In this document: in pieces, positions 12,740 through 26,636 of the stretch
Numbering within the stretch: the first letter of the stretch is position 1
How the letters are laid out: every line of letters begins with the position of its first letter
Assembly (NCBI RefSeq): GCF_004010195.1
Contig: NC_057755.1
Coordinates: forward strand, 9,091,306-9,155,305
DNA from: Chiloscyllium plagiosum
Taxonomy: Eukaryota
Direction of reading: 5' to 3'
DNA length: 64,000 nucleotides
Notes under the pieces: generated by a model
The model's database searches: none
What the model saw: the letters and a program-made list of their open reading frames with translations, nothing else
Told to the model about the DNA's origin: nothing
Translations under genes and position numbers: made by a program

Positions 12740-15004
12740 CCGTCCTTCAGAGATCGCTACGCACCCTCACCCCATGTACTGCTCGCATCGGGAACTTCTA
12801 CTGTCTTTTGAAGATACACAAAGTCAGCATATCAGCACGTCCCATCGTATCAGGCAATGGGACCCTGTGTGAGAACCTCTCTGGCTATATCGAAGTCATC
12901 TTGAAACCCATTGTAAAGAGTACACCCAGCTTCTGTCTCGAAACTCCACAATTTTTATAGAAACTGAACACTCACGGACCAGTGGAACCGCAAACATTCC
13001 TTATCACAGTGGATGATTCAGCACTCTACACCAACATCCCCACAATGACAGCTTCGTGGCAGCAGCCTCAGTACTCAACACTTACAACTGTCAATCGCTG
13101 AGCACCATCCTACAACTCATCCACTTTATTCCCGACCACAACGTGTTCACCTTTGGCAGCTAGTTCTTCATCCAGACACATGAAACAGCCATGCAGACAA
13201 AACGTACACCAAATTATGCCAACATTTGCATGGACAGGTTCAAGCAAGACTTCTCTGCGCAGGACCAACAACCAATACTATACACCAGGTATATCGGCGA
13301 CATTTTCGTCCTCTAGACACATGGTGAGAAGTCACTCAAAAAACGAGTTACATCCCACCATCAAACTCACCATGGACTACGCATTCATGTCAGCTTCATT
13401 CTTGGACACATGCACCTACATCAAGGATGGGCACCTCAGCACCTGACTCTAAAACAAACACACGGATAACCTCATGATGCAACACTTCTCCAGCTTCCAT
13501 ACGAAACATACTAAAACAGCCATCCCCTACGGACAAACACTACGCATACACAGGATCTGTTCAGATGAAGAGGAAGATGACGGGCACTTGGAAGTACTCA
13601 TGGATGTCCTCATAAGAATACAGTATTATGATCAACTCATCAGCTGTCAATTCTGACGTGCCCCAGTGAGAAACCGTAATAACCTCCTCAGGAGACAGAC
13701 ACGAGCTGCAACTGACAGGGTACCCTTCATTGTCCAGTACTTTTCAGGAGTGGAGAAAACTACACCATGTCCTTCGCAGTCTGGAACGCATGATCAATGA
13801 GATGAGTACCTCGACAAGACCTTCACCACGCCTCCAGTTCTCGCCTTTAAACAAACACCAAACCTCAAGCAGGTCCTTGTTTGCTGCAAATTCTGTGATG
13901 ACAGACACGGAAAGACATGTCAGAGTGTCAACATGAATACCACCCACCATCAAAGTGGCAGTTACTCATGTGACTCGGCCAACATTCTATCTCTCATATG
14001 CTGAAGGCAAGGATGCCCTGAGGCATAGTTCATCGGTGAGACCAATCAGAGGCCACAGCAATGGATGAATAGACACCACACAACAATCAACACCATTTGT
14101 GTTCTGTCCTAGTCGAAGAACTCTTCAGCAGTCCAGGATTTTCGACAATCGGAACTTTTGGTAACCATTCTCCTAGGTGATCCTCGGAACAGGCAACAAC
14201 GCAAAGTGGCCGAGCAGAGGCTAATAACCAAGTTCGGTACCCATGGGGATCTCTGCAATCGGGGACCTTGTGATCATGTTACAGTACACGTGACCCCACT
14301 GCACTACGCACACGCACAAACAAACACACACACATGCATACACACACATCACAAAGACCGATACATTCACGCAAACACTCTTGCATACATAAACACTCTC
14401 TCATAGTTTCACACATACAGACTTGCACTCATACCCACAGACGGACCCTCTCATAGACTGATACCTCTTTACACTCACACACGCACAGTCATTCTCCACC
14501 TCCCCCCACCCCCACCACAACACACACACACACATACACATGCACACCCACATGCAGAAACACATATACTAGTTTTTGGGATTCTGCAAATCCCTTTCTT
14601 CTAGAAATAGAATCAGTCTGAAAATTTGGCACAGAGATTGCACACCTCTCACGTTCAATGCAATATCTACGTTGACATGACACCTACTGTTAAAGTTCAT
14701 TTGAGAATGTAGGTTTGGAAAAATGTCCTGGTAATTACATATGAAAGTACTGAAACCAACATGGTAATTGAAAAAGATGACTAAACGCACAATTCAGGTC
14801 CTTTTTCAATATTTTTCAGCTGCATCACACTGCAACCATTTGCTATAAATTCTGTGTATTAAAATTTTGTACTCCAAAACCATCGAATAAAGGAGCAGCA
14901 CCGTGATATCTAGTTATTCCAAGTAAACCTGTTGGAATATAACTTGGCGTTGGTTGATTTTTAACTTTGCATACCTCAATCCAACACCAGCACCTCCAAA
15001 TCAT
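12740..15004 (+). mobile_element. Degenerate Penelope-like element (RT, GIY-YIG, CA-rich tract, pLTR with decayed hammerhead near 14880-14915)
   Basis: Remnants include SALYTNIP, HPTIKLTMDY...FLD, TAIPYGQTLRIHRICSD and RKVAEQRLITKFGTH. The terminal region resembles the reverse complement of 7452-7872. Confidence 0.85.
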
Positions 15005-16443
15005 GCATTTTACCCTGTATTCTGCATTGAAATTCGACCTTCCCAAGTATACGACTTCACACGTTTCCGGTTGGAAATCCATCTACCACTTAGCGGCCTA
15101 CTTCTGCGATGTGTCATTGCAAACTACAACAGTCCTCCACATTATCCACAACTCCACTAACCTTCGTGTCATAGGAACACTTGCTAACTCACCTTTAAAC
15201 GTCCTCATCCAGTTATTTATAAACATCACAAAGTACAGAGGTCCAAGAACCGATCCCTGCAGAACACTATTGGTCACTGTAATACAGACTGAATGCTTTC
15301 CACACACCACAATACTCTGTCTTCAATGGGCCAGCCAATTCTCTATCCAGACACACAAACTTTCCTGTATCCCATGCCTCCTTGTTTTCTGAATGATCAT
15401 GCTTTGAGGAATCTTATCACTCGCCTTGATAAAATCCATGTATACCACATCCACTGCTATACCTTCATCAGCGTGTCTTGTTGCATCCTCAAATAATTCA
15501 GTAATATTTGTGAGACATGATCTTCCCCTCACAAAGCCATGCTAACTATCTCGAATCAAACTATGGTTTTCCAAGTTATCGAAAGTCATGTCTCTCACAA
15601 TATTCTCCAATACTGTGCGCACCACTGATGTAAGACTGACTTGTGTGTCAGACCCAGGAGTATCCCTATTCACTTTTTTCCATTATTCACCCTCCAATCA
15701 TCTGACTCTACTTTAGAGGACAGTAAAGGCGCAAAGATTACGCCAAAGGTACAGCAATCGCTTCCATTGATTCCTGGAGTAAGTTTGGTTTATCCCGACT
15801 GGCCCAGGAAGGATTTCTACCCTGATATTTTTCAAAACGTTCAGCATACCCTCCTTCCTAACATCAACCTGTTGTAGCATATCATTCTATTTCATGCTGT
15901 ACTCAGAAATATCAAGATCGCTCTCATTCGTGAATTCGGAAGCAAAGTATTCATGAAGGGCATATCCAAATGCCTGCAATTCTCTCCACTATCCCTGATC
16001 AGCGCTAACCTCACTCTGGCCATCTTCTTGTTCCTCACATAAGTGTACACTTCGTTGGGGTTTTCCTTAATCCTACCCTCTTAAGCTTTTACATGCCCTC
16101 TTCGAACTCTCCAAGTCCATTCTTCAGTTCCTTCCTGGATGCCGTCTGACCCTCTAAAGTCCTGGAAGATCCTTGTTTCCTCTGTCTTAAATGAGTTTCC
16201 TTCTTCCTCTTGACTCAATGTTTCACTTCCCTTGTCACAAAAGGTTCTTTAAATCTATCAACCCTTCCTTACCTCAGTGGGACAAACCTGTCCAGGGCTA
16301 TCAGCAAGTGCTTCCTCAACAAGTTTCACGTTTCAGTGGAGAGAAAACTCCCAATAATGTGACTGCTCCTTCACTGTTTCTGACCTCCACTCATACTGAC
16401 TCTGTAGACAATCGCTCCTCGAAGTCGTCCCTTTTTGCAACTG

Positions 16444-19400
16444 GGAGACTATCCATTTTGAACAGAGCGGCGAGGAAAGAGGGCGGAGAGAATCGCGGGT
16501 TGCCCTATAGGTACATTTTTCCCACTTGAAAAAAGGGCCTCTGGAGTCGGGCCCCCGTTTTGAACAGAGCGACGAGGAGAGAGAACGGAGAGAAGCAAGG
16601 TCTGCTGGGAATATTTTAAGTGAGTGAGATCTAAACCTGCCACCGTACACCAAGGGGTCTCCTTCCCACCCATCTCCTCTAACCCTATTAAGAGCCTGTT
16701 TCCAGGTTTTCTCTTTTTTTTTTTCTTTTCCTCTCTTCCATGTTTGGTCCTGTGTGGGCTTTCAGAGTTGCGGGGTATGGCTGTTAGGGCAGTTGCATGT
16801 TCCTCCTGCAGAATGAGCCAGGTGGGAGACACGACAAATGTCTCTGCCGACCACATCTGCGGGAAGTGCACCCACACTAGCTCCTCGAAAACCGAGTTAG
16901 GGAACTGGAGCTGCAGCTGGATGAACTGAAGATCATCCAGGAGGCTGAAGGGGAAATTGAGAGAATGTACAGGGAGATGGTCACTCCTCAGACACAGGAT
17001 AGAGATAGCTGGGTTTTATTTGGGCGAGAAATGGGAACCGACAGACAGAGCAGGGATCCCCTGTGGCCGTTTACCTCAGCAATAAATATACCGTTTTGGA
17101 TACTGCTGGTGGGGATGGCCTACCGGGGGAAAGCTACAGTCACTGTGACTCAGAATTGACAGGGGGCGGATAGAAATGTGGTAGGGGTCTCAATAGTTAG
17201 ACGGATTGACAAGCGACTTTGTGGTCAGGAAAGGGGCACCCGGAGGATATGTTGCCTGCCCGGTTCCAGGGTTCAGGATGTCACCAATCGGGTTTACATG
17301 ATTCTGAAGGGGGAGGGGGAGTAGCCGATAATCGTGATACGTCGTGGCATTAATGATATGGCCAGGAAATGGGTTGAGGAGGTGGAAAGTGACTCAAGAG
17401 AGCTAGGTTGGAAGCACAAGTAGAATTGTGTTCTCAGGTACGGTGCAACAAAAAAGTGAGTTGTGGAACGTAGATTGCATGCAGCTTAACACGCGCCTGC
17501 GATGGTGGTGCAGGACGGAGGGCTTCAGATACCGAGACCATTGAGATGCCTTCAGGGGAAGGTGGAATCTGTGCATGAAAGATGGGCTTCTCCTGAGCGA
17601 GCGGGGCACAAATGTCCTTGGTGAGAGATCCTCGTATGGATCAGGAGAATTTAAACTAGTTTATCGGGGGATGGGAACCAGCGCTACACATCTGAGATGG
17701 GGGTAGTTGTTATGGGGCAGTGACAGGATTTAGTGACTCTATCGAGAGGGCTTTCCATGTGATGAAACAAAGGGATCGGTTAAAGTGCGTCAGTTTTATC
17801 GCAAGGAGTGTCAGAAATAAGAATGATGAACTTAAGGTATGGATCAGTACTTGTGACTACGATGCTGTGTCCATAACAGAGACGTGCGTTTGACAGAGGC
17901 AGAATGGTTGCTAAATGTTCCAGGGTTTAGACCGTTTAAAAGGATCAGGAAGGGTGGAAAAAGAGGAGGTGTGTAGTATTGCTAGTTAGAGAGTGCATCA
18001 CAGATACAGAAACGAAGGTTGTCGAGGAAGGTTACTACTGAGTCCGAATAGCTGGAAGGTTGGAACAGCAAAGGAGCAGCCACCTCATTGGGGGGTTTCT
18101 ACAGACTTCCTAAGGGCAGTCGGGAGTTTGAAGTACTTATAGGCCGGTAGACTTTGGAAAAAAGCAGATGTCGCAGGGTTGTTGTAATGCGTAACTTCAA
18201 CTTTCCCAATATTAAATGGAATTTCCTTAGTGCAGATGTTTTGGATGGAGCCGTTTTTGTCAGGAGTTTTCAGGAAGGTTTCCATACTCAGTATGTAGAC
18301 GAGGGGAGCGGCCATTTTGGATTTGATGCTCGGCAAGGAGCCAGAACATGGTTCAGATCTCGCAGTGGAAGAATACATTGGTGTCAGTGACCATAACTGC
18401 CTCACATTTACCATAGCCAACGAGAAGGAAAGGAGCAGTTAACATTGGAAGATATTTAATTGGGGAAATGGATATTAAGACGCTATCAGACAGGAGTTGG
18501 CAAATACTGTTTGGGAGCAATTGTTCCACAGAAAGGGCACAACAGACATGTGCAAGCTTTTTAAGGAGCAGTTGTTGCGAGTGATGCATAATTTTGTTCT
18601 TCTGAGACAGGCAATAAGGGGTAAAATTAAGGAGACATGGATGATGAGAAGAGAGGAGCTTGTCGTGAAAAAGAAGCAGGCAGCTTCCGTAATTTGGAGA
18701 AAGCAAGGGTCGAGCACAGCTTTAGAGGATTACAGGCTTGCTAGAAACGAGCTCAGAAATGGACTGAGGAGAGACAGGAGGGGGCATTAAAGAGAGTTGG
18801 CAGGAAGAGTTAGGAAAACTCCAAAGGCATGTTACTCAGACGTGAGGAATAAGAGAATGATCAGGGAGAATGTAGGACCGGTCAGGGATAGCGTAGGGAA
18901 ATTGTGTGTGGGGTCTCAGCAGATAGGGAAGCCCTAAATGAGATTTTTGTTTCGGTTTTCACTGGGGGAAGGGATTTTGTTGGCATGAGAACATTGAGAA
19001 GCTGGGAAACAGGCTTGAACAGATCAAGATTGATGAAGTTGATGTGCTGCACATTTTGGCAAACAATAAGAGTGATAAGTCCCCAGGGCCGGACCACATT
19101 TATTCTAGGTTGCTCTGGGAAGCAAGAAAAGAAGTTGTTAAGCCGCTGGCGATGATTTTTGCTTCCTCACTATCCACGGGAGTCATAGCAGTAGATTGGA
19201 GGGAGTTGAATGTTGCTTGTCTTTTCAAGAAGGGTAATAGGGAAATTCCTAGCAATTGCAGACCAGTCAGTCTTACGAGTGTGCTCATCAAGAGTTTTGA
19301 AAAAAAATCTGAGTGGCAGGGTTTTACACATTTTGGAAAAGCATTGCCTGATTAAAGGCAGTCGGTATGGTTTTGTGAGGGGCAGGTCATGCCTCACAAA

Positions 19401-20475
19401 TCTTATTGAATTCGATGGTCGAACAGTGGATGTGGTGTATATGGATTTCAGCAAGGCATTTGATAGGGTTCCCCATGGTATGCTAATTCATAAAGTCATG
19501 ACGTATGGAATACCGGGCGTTCTGGCTGTCTAGTTTCAGAATTGGTTGACTGAGAGAAGGCAGAAAGTGGTTGTAAATGGAAAGTATTCTGCCTTGAGGA
19601 CAGTGGTGAGTGGTGTCCTGCAGGCCTCTGTTCGTAGGCCTCTGTCTTTGTAGATTTTATAAATGGCTTTCATGAGAAGGTTGAGGGGTGGGTAAGTAAA
19701 TTAGCCGATGACACAAAGGTTGGAGGTACTAATGATAGTATCGCGGGCGGTTGCAGGCTGCAGCACAACATTTTAAGAATGCAGAGCTCGGCTGAGAAAT
19801 GACAAATGGAGTTCAAGCTGGATAAATGTGAAATGATGCATTTTGGAAGGGAGAACTTGAGTGCTGAATCTCGGAGAAAAGGCAGGATTCTTGGCAGTGT
19901 GGAGGAACCGCAGGATATTGATGCTCATGTGAATAGATCGTCAAATTTGCCACCCAAGTGGATGGGGTTGTTAAGGAAGCACATTATGTTTTGGCGTTCA
20001 CTAACAGGGGGTTGCGTTTAAGAGCTGCGAGGTTTTGTTGCAGCCCTACAAGCCCCTGGTGACACAAAGCTTGGAATATTGTGCCCAGTTTTGGTCGCCC
20101 TATTATAGGTTACTTGGAGAGGGTGCAAAGAAGGTTTACCAGGATACTGCCTGGACTGGAAGGTTTGTCGTACGAAGAGAAGCTAACGAGGCTCGAACTT
20201 TTCTCTCTGGAGAGAAGGAGGAAGAGAGCTGAACTGATCGAGGTGTACAAGGTAATCAGAGACATGGACAGAGTCAATAGCCAGATACCTTTCTCCAGGG
20301 CAGGATTGACTGGGTATCATATTTATAAGGTGTAAGGAGGAAGGTCCAGAGGAATTGCCAGCGGTCGGCTCTTTACACAGAGATTCGTGAATGCATGGAA
20401 TGCATTGCCATTGGCGGTCGTGGAAGCAGAGTCATTAGGGACATTTATGCAACTGCTCGATGTGCACATGAACGT
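16444..20475 (+). mobile_element. Near-full-length degenerate CR1 LINE (tandem 5' UTR monomers, ORF1 zinc finger plus esterase, ORF2 EN-RT)
   Basis: Two ttttgaacagagcg..gagga monomers near 16455 and 16558. ORF1 begins MAVRAVACSSC...CGKC at 16777. ORF2 motifs carry many stops and frameshifts. Confidence 0.9.
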
Positions 20476-21295
20476 CTTTTACCTCTCCTGCTATTCTTTT
20501 CAAAACATCTAAAGCCTACAGTATACAACAACTATTCCTACCCCTGTGGTATTCATGTCTCCAGAATGGCCACAGCATCATTGTTCCAATTACTAACCCA
20601 TGGTCTGAGTTCGTCACCCTTATTCCTGATACTCCTTGTCATGAAATAGACACACTTCAACCCATCACACTGACATCACCTTGGCCCTATCGATTCCCTT
20701 ACTCTCTCCATAGACTCTCTTCAAGCTGTATCTGGCGTTTCCCTGTTTACTCCATCATCTGATCCGTAGCTCAGGTTCCCACTCTTTTGCAAATCTAGTT
20801 TAATCTTCCGAAAGATCTCTAACAAACCTTCCACTCAGGATATTGGTGCCCCCCTGGTCAGGTGCAAACTGTCCCTCTTGTGCAGGTCCCACTTTCCCCA
20901 GAAGCTATCCCAATACTCCACATATCTGAATCCCTCCGTCCGAAAACAAACCTGCAGCCACGTGATCATCTGTAGTCGCTCTCTATTCCGAGACTCAATG
21001 GCATGGAGCACAGGTCGGAAATCTGAATTGCTACTCTGCTTTTCTTGCTTTATATCTTCCAATGTAACTCATTATATTATCTTTCCGGTTCCTCAAACGT
21101 TTCACTACCTATGTCATTGGTACCAATGCATACCACGAATTCTGGCTACTCTTCCTCCCCCTTAAGAATCCTATCGCCTCGATCCGATACATCCCTGAAC
21201 CTGGCACCTGGGAGGTAACACACCAGCTGGGAGTCTCGCTCTTAGCCATAGAATTACACGTCTGTTCCTCTCAAGATTGACACCATGTCACTACA

Positions 21296-21420
21296 AAACC
21301 TTTTGCCCTAAGCATCGATTTTTCTACTTCTTTGGAATCTGCCTGACCTGGTGTGCTTTTCTAGCACCACTCTAATCCTGACTCTCACCTCCAGCATCTG
21401 CAGTACTCACTTTCGCTTCC
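21296..21420 (+). mobile_element. Degenerate single-arm copy of the short hammerhead-type Penelope-derived element
   Basis: ctgcctgacctggtgtgctttt...ctccagcatctgcagtactcactttc, similar to 51216-51346. Confidence 0.7.
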
Positions 21421-21599
21421 CTCTCATTATTGCCCACCTACTGTCCCCGTTTCCCTTGTGAGCCACAAAGCCACGTTCAGTGCCCGAAGCTTTGGCTTTC
21501 CACTGATAGGATCCCTCTGCACAGCACCCCCCCCAACCTTCCAAGCAATATTGAAAACCATATACTTAATATTGAGTGAAACGACAACAGATTCTGTCT

Positions 21600-22470
21600 T
21601 TCCAAGGACTCTCCTTACAACCTTCCTTAAAGAAGGGAACAACATTAGCCACCCTCCAGTCATCAGGCACCTTCCTTCCCCTGTAGAGATGATGCAAATG
21701 TTTTCCGCAAGGGGTCCCGCAATTTCCTCCCTTACTACCCAAAACGTTCTGAAATGCATTGGATTAGATCCCGATTTTAGCTATCTATCTAATACCTTCT
21801 GAACTTTCCTCTTCTGCAATGTGAACTGTTCGTACAAAATCAATATTTAGTTCTCTGCATTCTCTGGACTCCATTTCTTTCTCCACAATAAAATCAGTTG
21901 TGAAATCTTTATTTACTATATCTCCCATCTTCTGGGGTCGAACACAAAGATGATATTTAAGGGTCCAAACACTATGTCTAGTTAGTCTCTTGTTTTTTTA
22001 TATATTTGTAGACTCTCTTTGAATTATCCTAAAAATTGTCTGCCAATATTATTTCATATGGCCTCTTTGCCAACTTCATTTCTGTCTTAAGATTGACTCT
22101 ACACTTTTTATATTGATGAAGCGATTCAATTGAACTAAGTTTTCTATATCTAAAATAAGGTCATTTTTTATTCTTAACAAAAACCTCAATACCTTCATTC
22201 ATCCATTGTTCCTTATTCTGACCAACCTTGCCCTTCATTTTAGCTGGAAAATACTGCCTCTGAACTCTCGTCATCACACTCTTGAATGCCTTCCACTTGG
22301 CCGATGTCCTTTGACATGGAAAAGTCGATCCAACCAACTTATGAACGTTCTTAAATTTAAAACTTGCCGAAGTCCAATTAAAAACGTTAACGTTCATGTA
22401 AAGCTACCCTTTCCCATAACTATTTCGAAACTAATAGAATTATGATCGCCCGACCCAAAGTGATTGTTTG
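21600..22470 (-). mobile_element. Old CR1 ORF2 fragment
   Basis: VREEIAGPLA...GWLMLFPSLRK frameshifted remnants. Confidence 0.75.
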
Positions 22471-22787
22471 GTTTATTTCAGACAAGTCATCCAAAACTAG
22501 TATGGGCCAGTCTCTCTTCAACCGTGAACGTAATGGCCTTTTGTCAGTGATAGTTCATAAATAATGCGATTAATCGCCATGTTTGTCTCGCAAATCTCAC
22601 TGCATCTGAGGCACTGTTTTCATATGAAAGGGAATATATAATCAAGAAAAATGCGTAAGTCAGCCAATATGTAATAAAACATTCCGGCTCAATATACTAA
22701 AAGTTGAGGAATATTTATTTTTCTCTCCCCATTAATCATCTTTATTCAAACGTGGTAAGAGAATGTTGGCATCAAAACAAGCATTCT

Positions 22788-23704
22788 TTAATCATCTTGC
22801 CTCATGTTTAATCTCTTTGCAATGAATGCGCAGGGCGATTTCAGAATATCCAAAAGCTCTTCTCTGAATTTTCTCTGAGTCACCGCATAGATGCACGTGT
22901 TTGAACAGGAACTCAAATACCTCAGCATGGCTCCTGTTTCGACAATGATGTAGATTGGATTTCCAAAGTCTCCTCGGTAATAATTGGGATTTGTGATTCT
23001 GGTCATTACAAGATTTATGACAGTTGTCAGCCACAAGAGAATGAAACTCCCTGAGATAGCGAAGAGGAAAACAATGGATTTCACTCTGTTCTTCATCTCG
23101 GGATCATAATGATTGTCAGTTGTGTGAGCCCGAAGTGCTCTGCGGGCTTTGCTAGTCACTAGCACATGTCTGACTGTCAATGCATTAAAGAAAGCAATTA
23201 AAATGAAAGGAAGCCAAACTAAACAGATGCTGAAAAACCAGATGTACACTACTCCTGCAACGGAGGAAAAGAATTCCACACTTGACTGGCAGTTCCATTT
23301 CACATTGTTCACAATGTATTCATGTTCATATGCAAAGAAAATGGGGAATTCCTTGATCCACATGAGGACACAGATCACACTTATAATTGTGACTGGAATT
23401 CGCACAGTACAATACATTGTCTTAAACTTTGGACAACAGATGATGACAAAGCGATCAAAAGTGAATGCGACTGTGAACCATACTGATAAATTCAAAATAA
23501 CACAACCCAGGTAAAAAATAAACTTACAAATATGGGTATGAGACAAAAGCGATAATGGAAAGTGATACGTAAGAATGCTGTAAACCAGTACATTAATGAT
23601 TATGACCAGTAGGTCTGCTATTGCCATCGCAAGCATGTAGACAGTGATACATTTCGAGAGGCCACACTTTCCTCGCACAAGAATAACAATCGTCATCGTG
23701 TTCG
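22788..23704 (-). CDS. GPR139/GPR142-like GPCR, exon 2 (subfamily B); joins exon 1 at 26567-26636 to give a complete 328-aa protein
   Basis: Acceptor ttgcttgcag|CG AAC ACG ATG. Open frame with AMAIADLL, SVWFTVAFTFDRF, FILLW and SSCSNTCIY. Exons total 70+917=987 nt, in frame. Confidence 0.92.
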
Positions 23705-25097
23705 CTGCAAGCAAAACACAGGAGAGTTCATCATTACTTCAATAATTGAAAATTGCTTCCTTTCTAAATTATCTGAATCAATTTATTAGATGTTCATCAT
23801 ATACTTCTCAATCTTGTTTTCTTTGATGCTGGACCCCATTCAATCCAATCTTTCTTTTCTGATAAATCTGCTCAGTACTGTTGCAAATGCAAGCATAACC
23901 ATCACATCAACCAGTCCGCCCTCAATCCTAATAGTTTGGATTCCAATTTAAAAAGTTACCAAACGTACTGACCATTGTTCCTTTTTGTGATGTGAAAATT
24001 CTGACAGAGAACGTCCTTTCATCACATTAATATTCTATGCATATTAACGCAGCTTTCAAGGTCATTCGACTGAAAAACATTTTTAAAAAATAGCACAACT
24101 CTTCATATTGATGGAATGCAATCGCCAGGATTTTATGTCTTTGTCATCATTGGCAAACCATAATACAGACAAAAGTAACATTTGCATGCAGGCTTTTTTT
24201 TGTGAGAACACATCAGTTTTGATATCTGAAAGTCGAATGCACATGGAATATGAGAGACATTATAATGCTTGAAGAGTTTAAGAAAAATCAGTCAAACCAA
24301 GCCAAATTCTACTGTTTATTAATTTGAAAATATCTTGCCCTGTCTACTGTAGGCCAAAACGCAGTTCCATGAAGTTAGTTTTAAAATGTGAGCTACAACA
24401 ACAACAGCAAAAATCAATTGAAAGTGATGTTTGAGTGCTCTGAGATGTTTGGGTGAATATTTGCAAACTTTTGATGTATTTTGATCTATAAATCAAAAAT
24501 TATGTTCATAAACATTCAACCAATGAACGTCCTTCCATCTATTTGTTTTCTCCCTACCTGTTGTCTTATGACTATTCAATTGGTAAAAATTCAACTTTGA
24601 TAGATAGAGCATATTGACAACTCTTCATGTTGACAGAATGTTGTGAACTGGGCCTTATGCCTCTCTCATCATTGGCAAAGATATATTGCAGACATTGTAA
24701 TATTTGTATGCAGATAATTATATTTCTGCACAAATAAATCAGGCTTAACATCTGAAACCTGAATGTGTATGGAGTGTCATTGACCTTAGGAGCAGCTTTG
24801 AAGGAAAATCAATCAACCTCAGCCAATGTCTTCTCAACGTACTGACTCACCAATTTACCCAGCTTATAGAATTGAAGGTGTTTTGTTCTCTCCACTGTCA
24901 GACACAATGCAATTCTATGAAATTAACTTCTAAAAGCAAACGGTATCGAAAAATGAATCTGATGCTTGAGTGTTCAAAGGTATTTAGGTGAACATGTAGC
25001 ACCTTTAACTGGATTTTTAACTGTAAATCGAGAAGCCACGTAAGTTTTGAGCAATGGGTGTACACTGCACAACAGCGGTGACAACGGAGAAGGATGA

Positions 25098-25730
25098 TGT
25101 CAAGGACCAGGCCAGATCGCCTCAAATCATTTCAGGAAAGTAACCCCGCCCCAACCTTTGGTAGTTGTTTTAAACCGGTGCAAGGCAGATATTCTAGGAG
25201 GGATGCAGTTGGTCAAACCACGTAGTTTAATTAAAACGCGATTTATTTACAAGATTACCAAATAAAACACAAACAAAAAAGAACAGAATACCGAATAAAG
25301 TAACGTATCTGAAAACCCTACACATCACCCCAACTTAACCATGCAGTTACAAATACTTGCAACAATCCCCAGGAACACACATTGACACAAAAGATAAAGT
25401 CAACTGCATGGTCTCATAGGAGAAATGTCAGAGAGAGAGGACGATCAGCGTGGACCTGCTTCTTTGCATCCAGCAGCTTTTAAAGCTGCCGGACTGCTTT
25501 CTCGGAATAGTTGGACTAAACCAAACCAGAAACTGGGTGAACTGGGTGAACTGGTTCCCCTTTTACTGCACAAGTGTTTTGCTTTAAAACAAAATCGTTA
25601 AAGCCTGCTTCCTGAAGCAGTACGTGAAACCTATTCAAACGCAGACATTTAGAAGTCCGTACCTTTTACGATGTCTCTGGAAAAGAAGACGTGGATAACA
25701 TAAACGTGTTAAAGGAGCATCATAATCACA
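25098..25730 (-). mobile_element. Solo LTR of the Gmr1-like Gypsy family, inside the intron of the second GPCR gene
   Basis: TG...CA ends; aligns by eye with 44675-45323 and 39500-39748 (tagttgttttaaac, cttttacgatgtctctg, ttaaaggagca). Confidence 0.7.
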
Positions 25731-26566
25731 GAATGAAGCAGGGGAAACTGCAGATATAATTTACAGAAAAAGATTGAAATTTGCTCCACATAACATTGGG
25801 TAAAATCTTTGTGTTTCCAGCACTGAAACAAACACGAAGGGAGAAAGTTTCATCATCAGATTTGTTTGTCATTCAGTTTCACACTATGTGAATTTTGTTG
25901 CGGTTGTGTTTGTACAGACCAGGGCTATCAGAGAGTTTTCAAGCTATCATGAGGAAATGTGTATTGAAACATTCTAATGAGATCCATCTTGAGAAAAGGA
26001 TTGAAGCAGCCATGAGATAATCTTTCTGAGAAAATAAGAACTGGAAGCTGGGGGAAATCGTACAGCCTTGAGAACCTTCTATATCATGCAGCATGATCTC
26101 ATCTCAGCCTCAGCTCCATCTTACTCTCCATAACATTGCGCACATGACAAGTTACAAATCTACCTATTTTCTCCTTAAGGTTTATGAAATGTTCCAGCTT
26201 CTACCGCACGTTGGGATAGAAAATTCCACAGATTCACGGCCCTTTGAGAAAAGCAATGACTCCTCACCTCTGCTTAAAATCCCCTGCCCCTGCAAAATCT
26301 CGATCCAGATGTCCCACGTAAGGAAACATCCTCTCGGCGCCTCCTTTGTCAGCCCCTTTTAGCACTTTCCAAATCTCGAAAAAATGTCACTATTTGTACG
26401 TTTATCAGTTCAGTGAAAGAAAGACAATGTGGGTCGATGATTGACAGGTCAAAATGGGAAACGTCAGCCAATGCATTGTTGAGATTAGTGACACATTATG
26501 GTTTTTCAAGAATAGGTTGGAAACAATTAACACAAAATGACAATAAAACGTTCAAACGGAACTCAC

Positions 26567-26636
26567 CCGGAATACCAATGGTTGCAAGAACTGGATAATA
26601 AATCTCCTTTATCAGCAGAATTATTGGTCGTTCCAT
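26567..26636 (-). CDS. GPR139/GPR142-like GPCR, coding exon 1 (MERPIILLIKEIYYPVLATIGIP)
   Basis: aaaaATG start, TM1 YYxxLxxxGxP pattern, and phase-1 donor CCG G|gtgagt. Too short for the ORF track. Confidence 0.9.

Larger units (their letters stand above)
7452..12740 (-). mobile_element. Degenerate Penelope-like element (RT/GIY-YIG remnants ~10680-12740, TG-rich tract, pLTR ~7452-7872), interrupted by a CR1
   Basis: Translated remnants include LPKIH...PIASGIWTLCENLS and LSFKQTPNLKRVIARSKLP...CKT. The pLTR carries a decayed hammerhead core. Confidence 0.8.
3405..21595 (-). mobile_element. Old CR1-type LINE host, split into pieces at ~3405-3651, 7028-7450, 15005-16443 and 20476-21595 by later insertions
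   Basis: The 3' tail (agaacatagaaca on +) starts near 3405. The pieces are colinear with the less disrupted minus-strand CR1 at 49578-53530 and resume close to where the previous piece stopped. Confidence 0.7.

Noticed and set aside
23149..23514. Antisense ORFs over the GPCR exons (also 1166-1956 and 61905-62168)
   Set aside because: These are shadows of the sense coding frame; their similarity to each other follows from paralogy.
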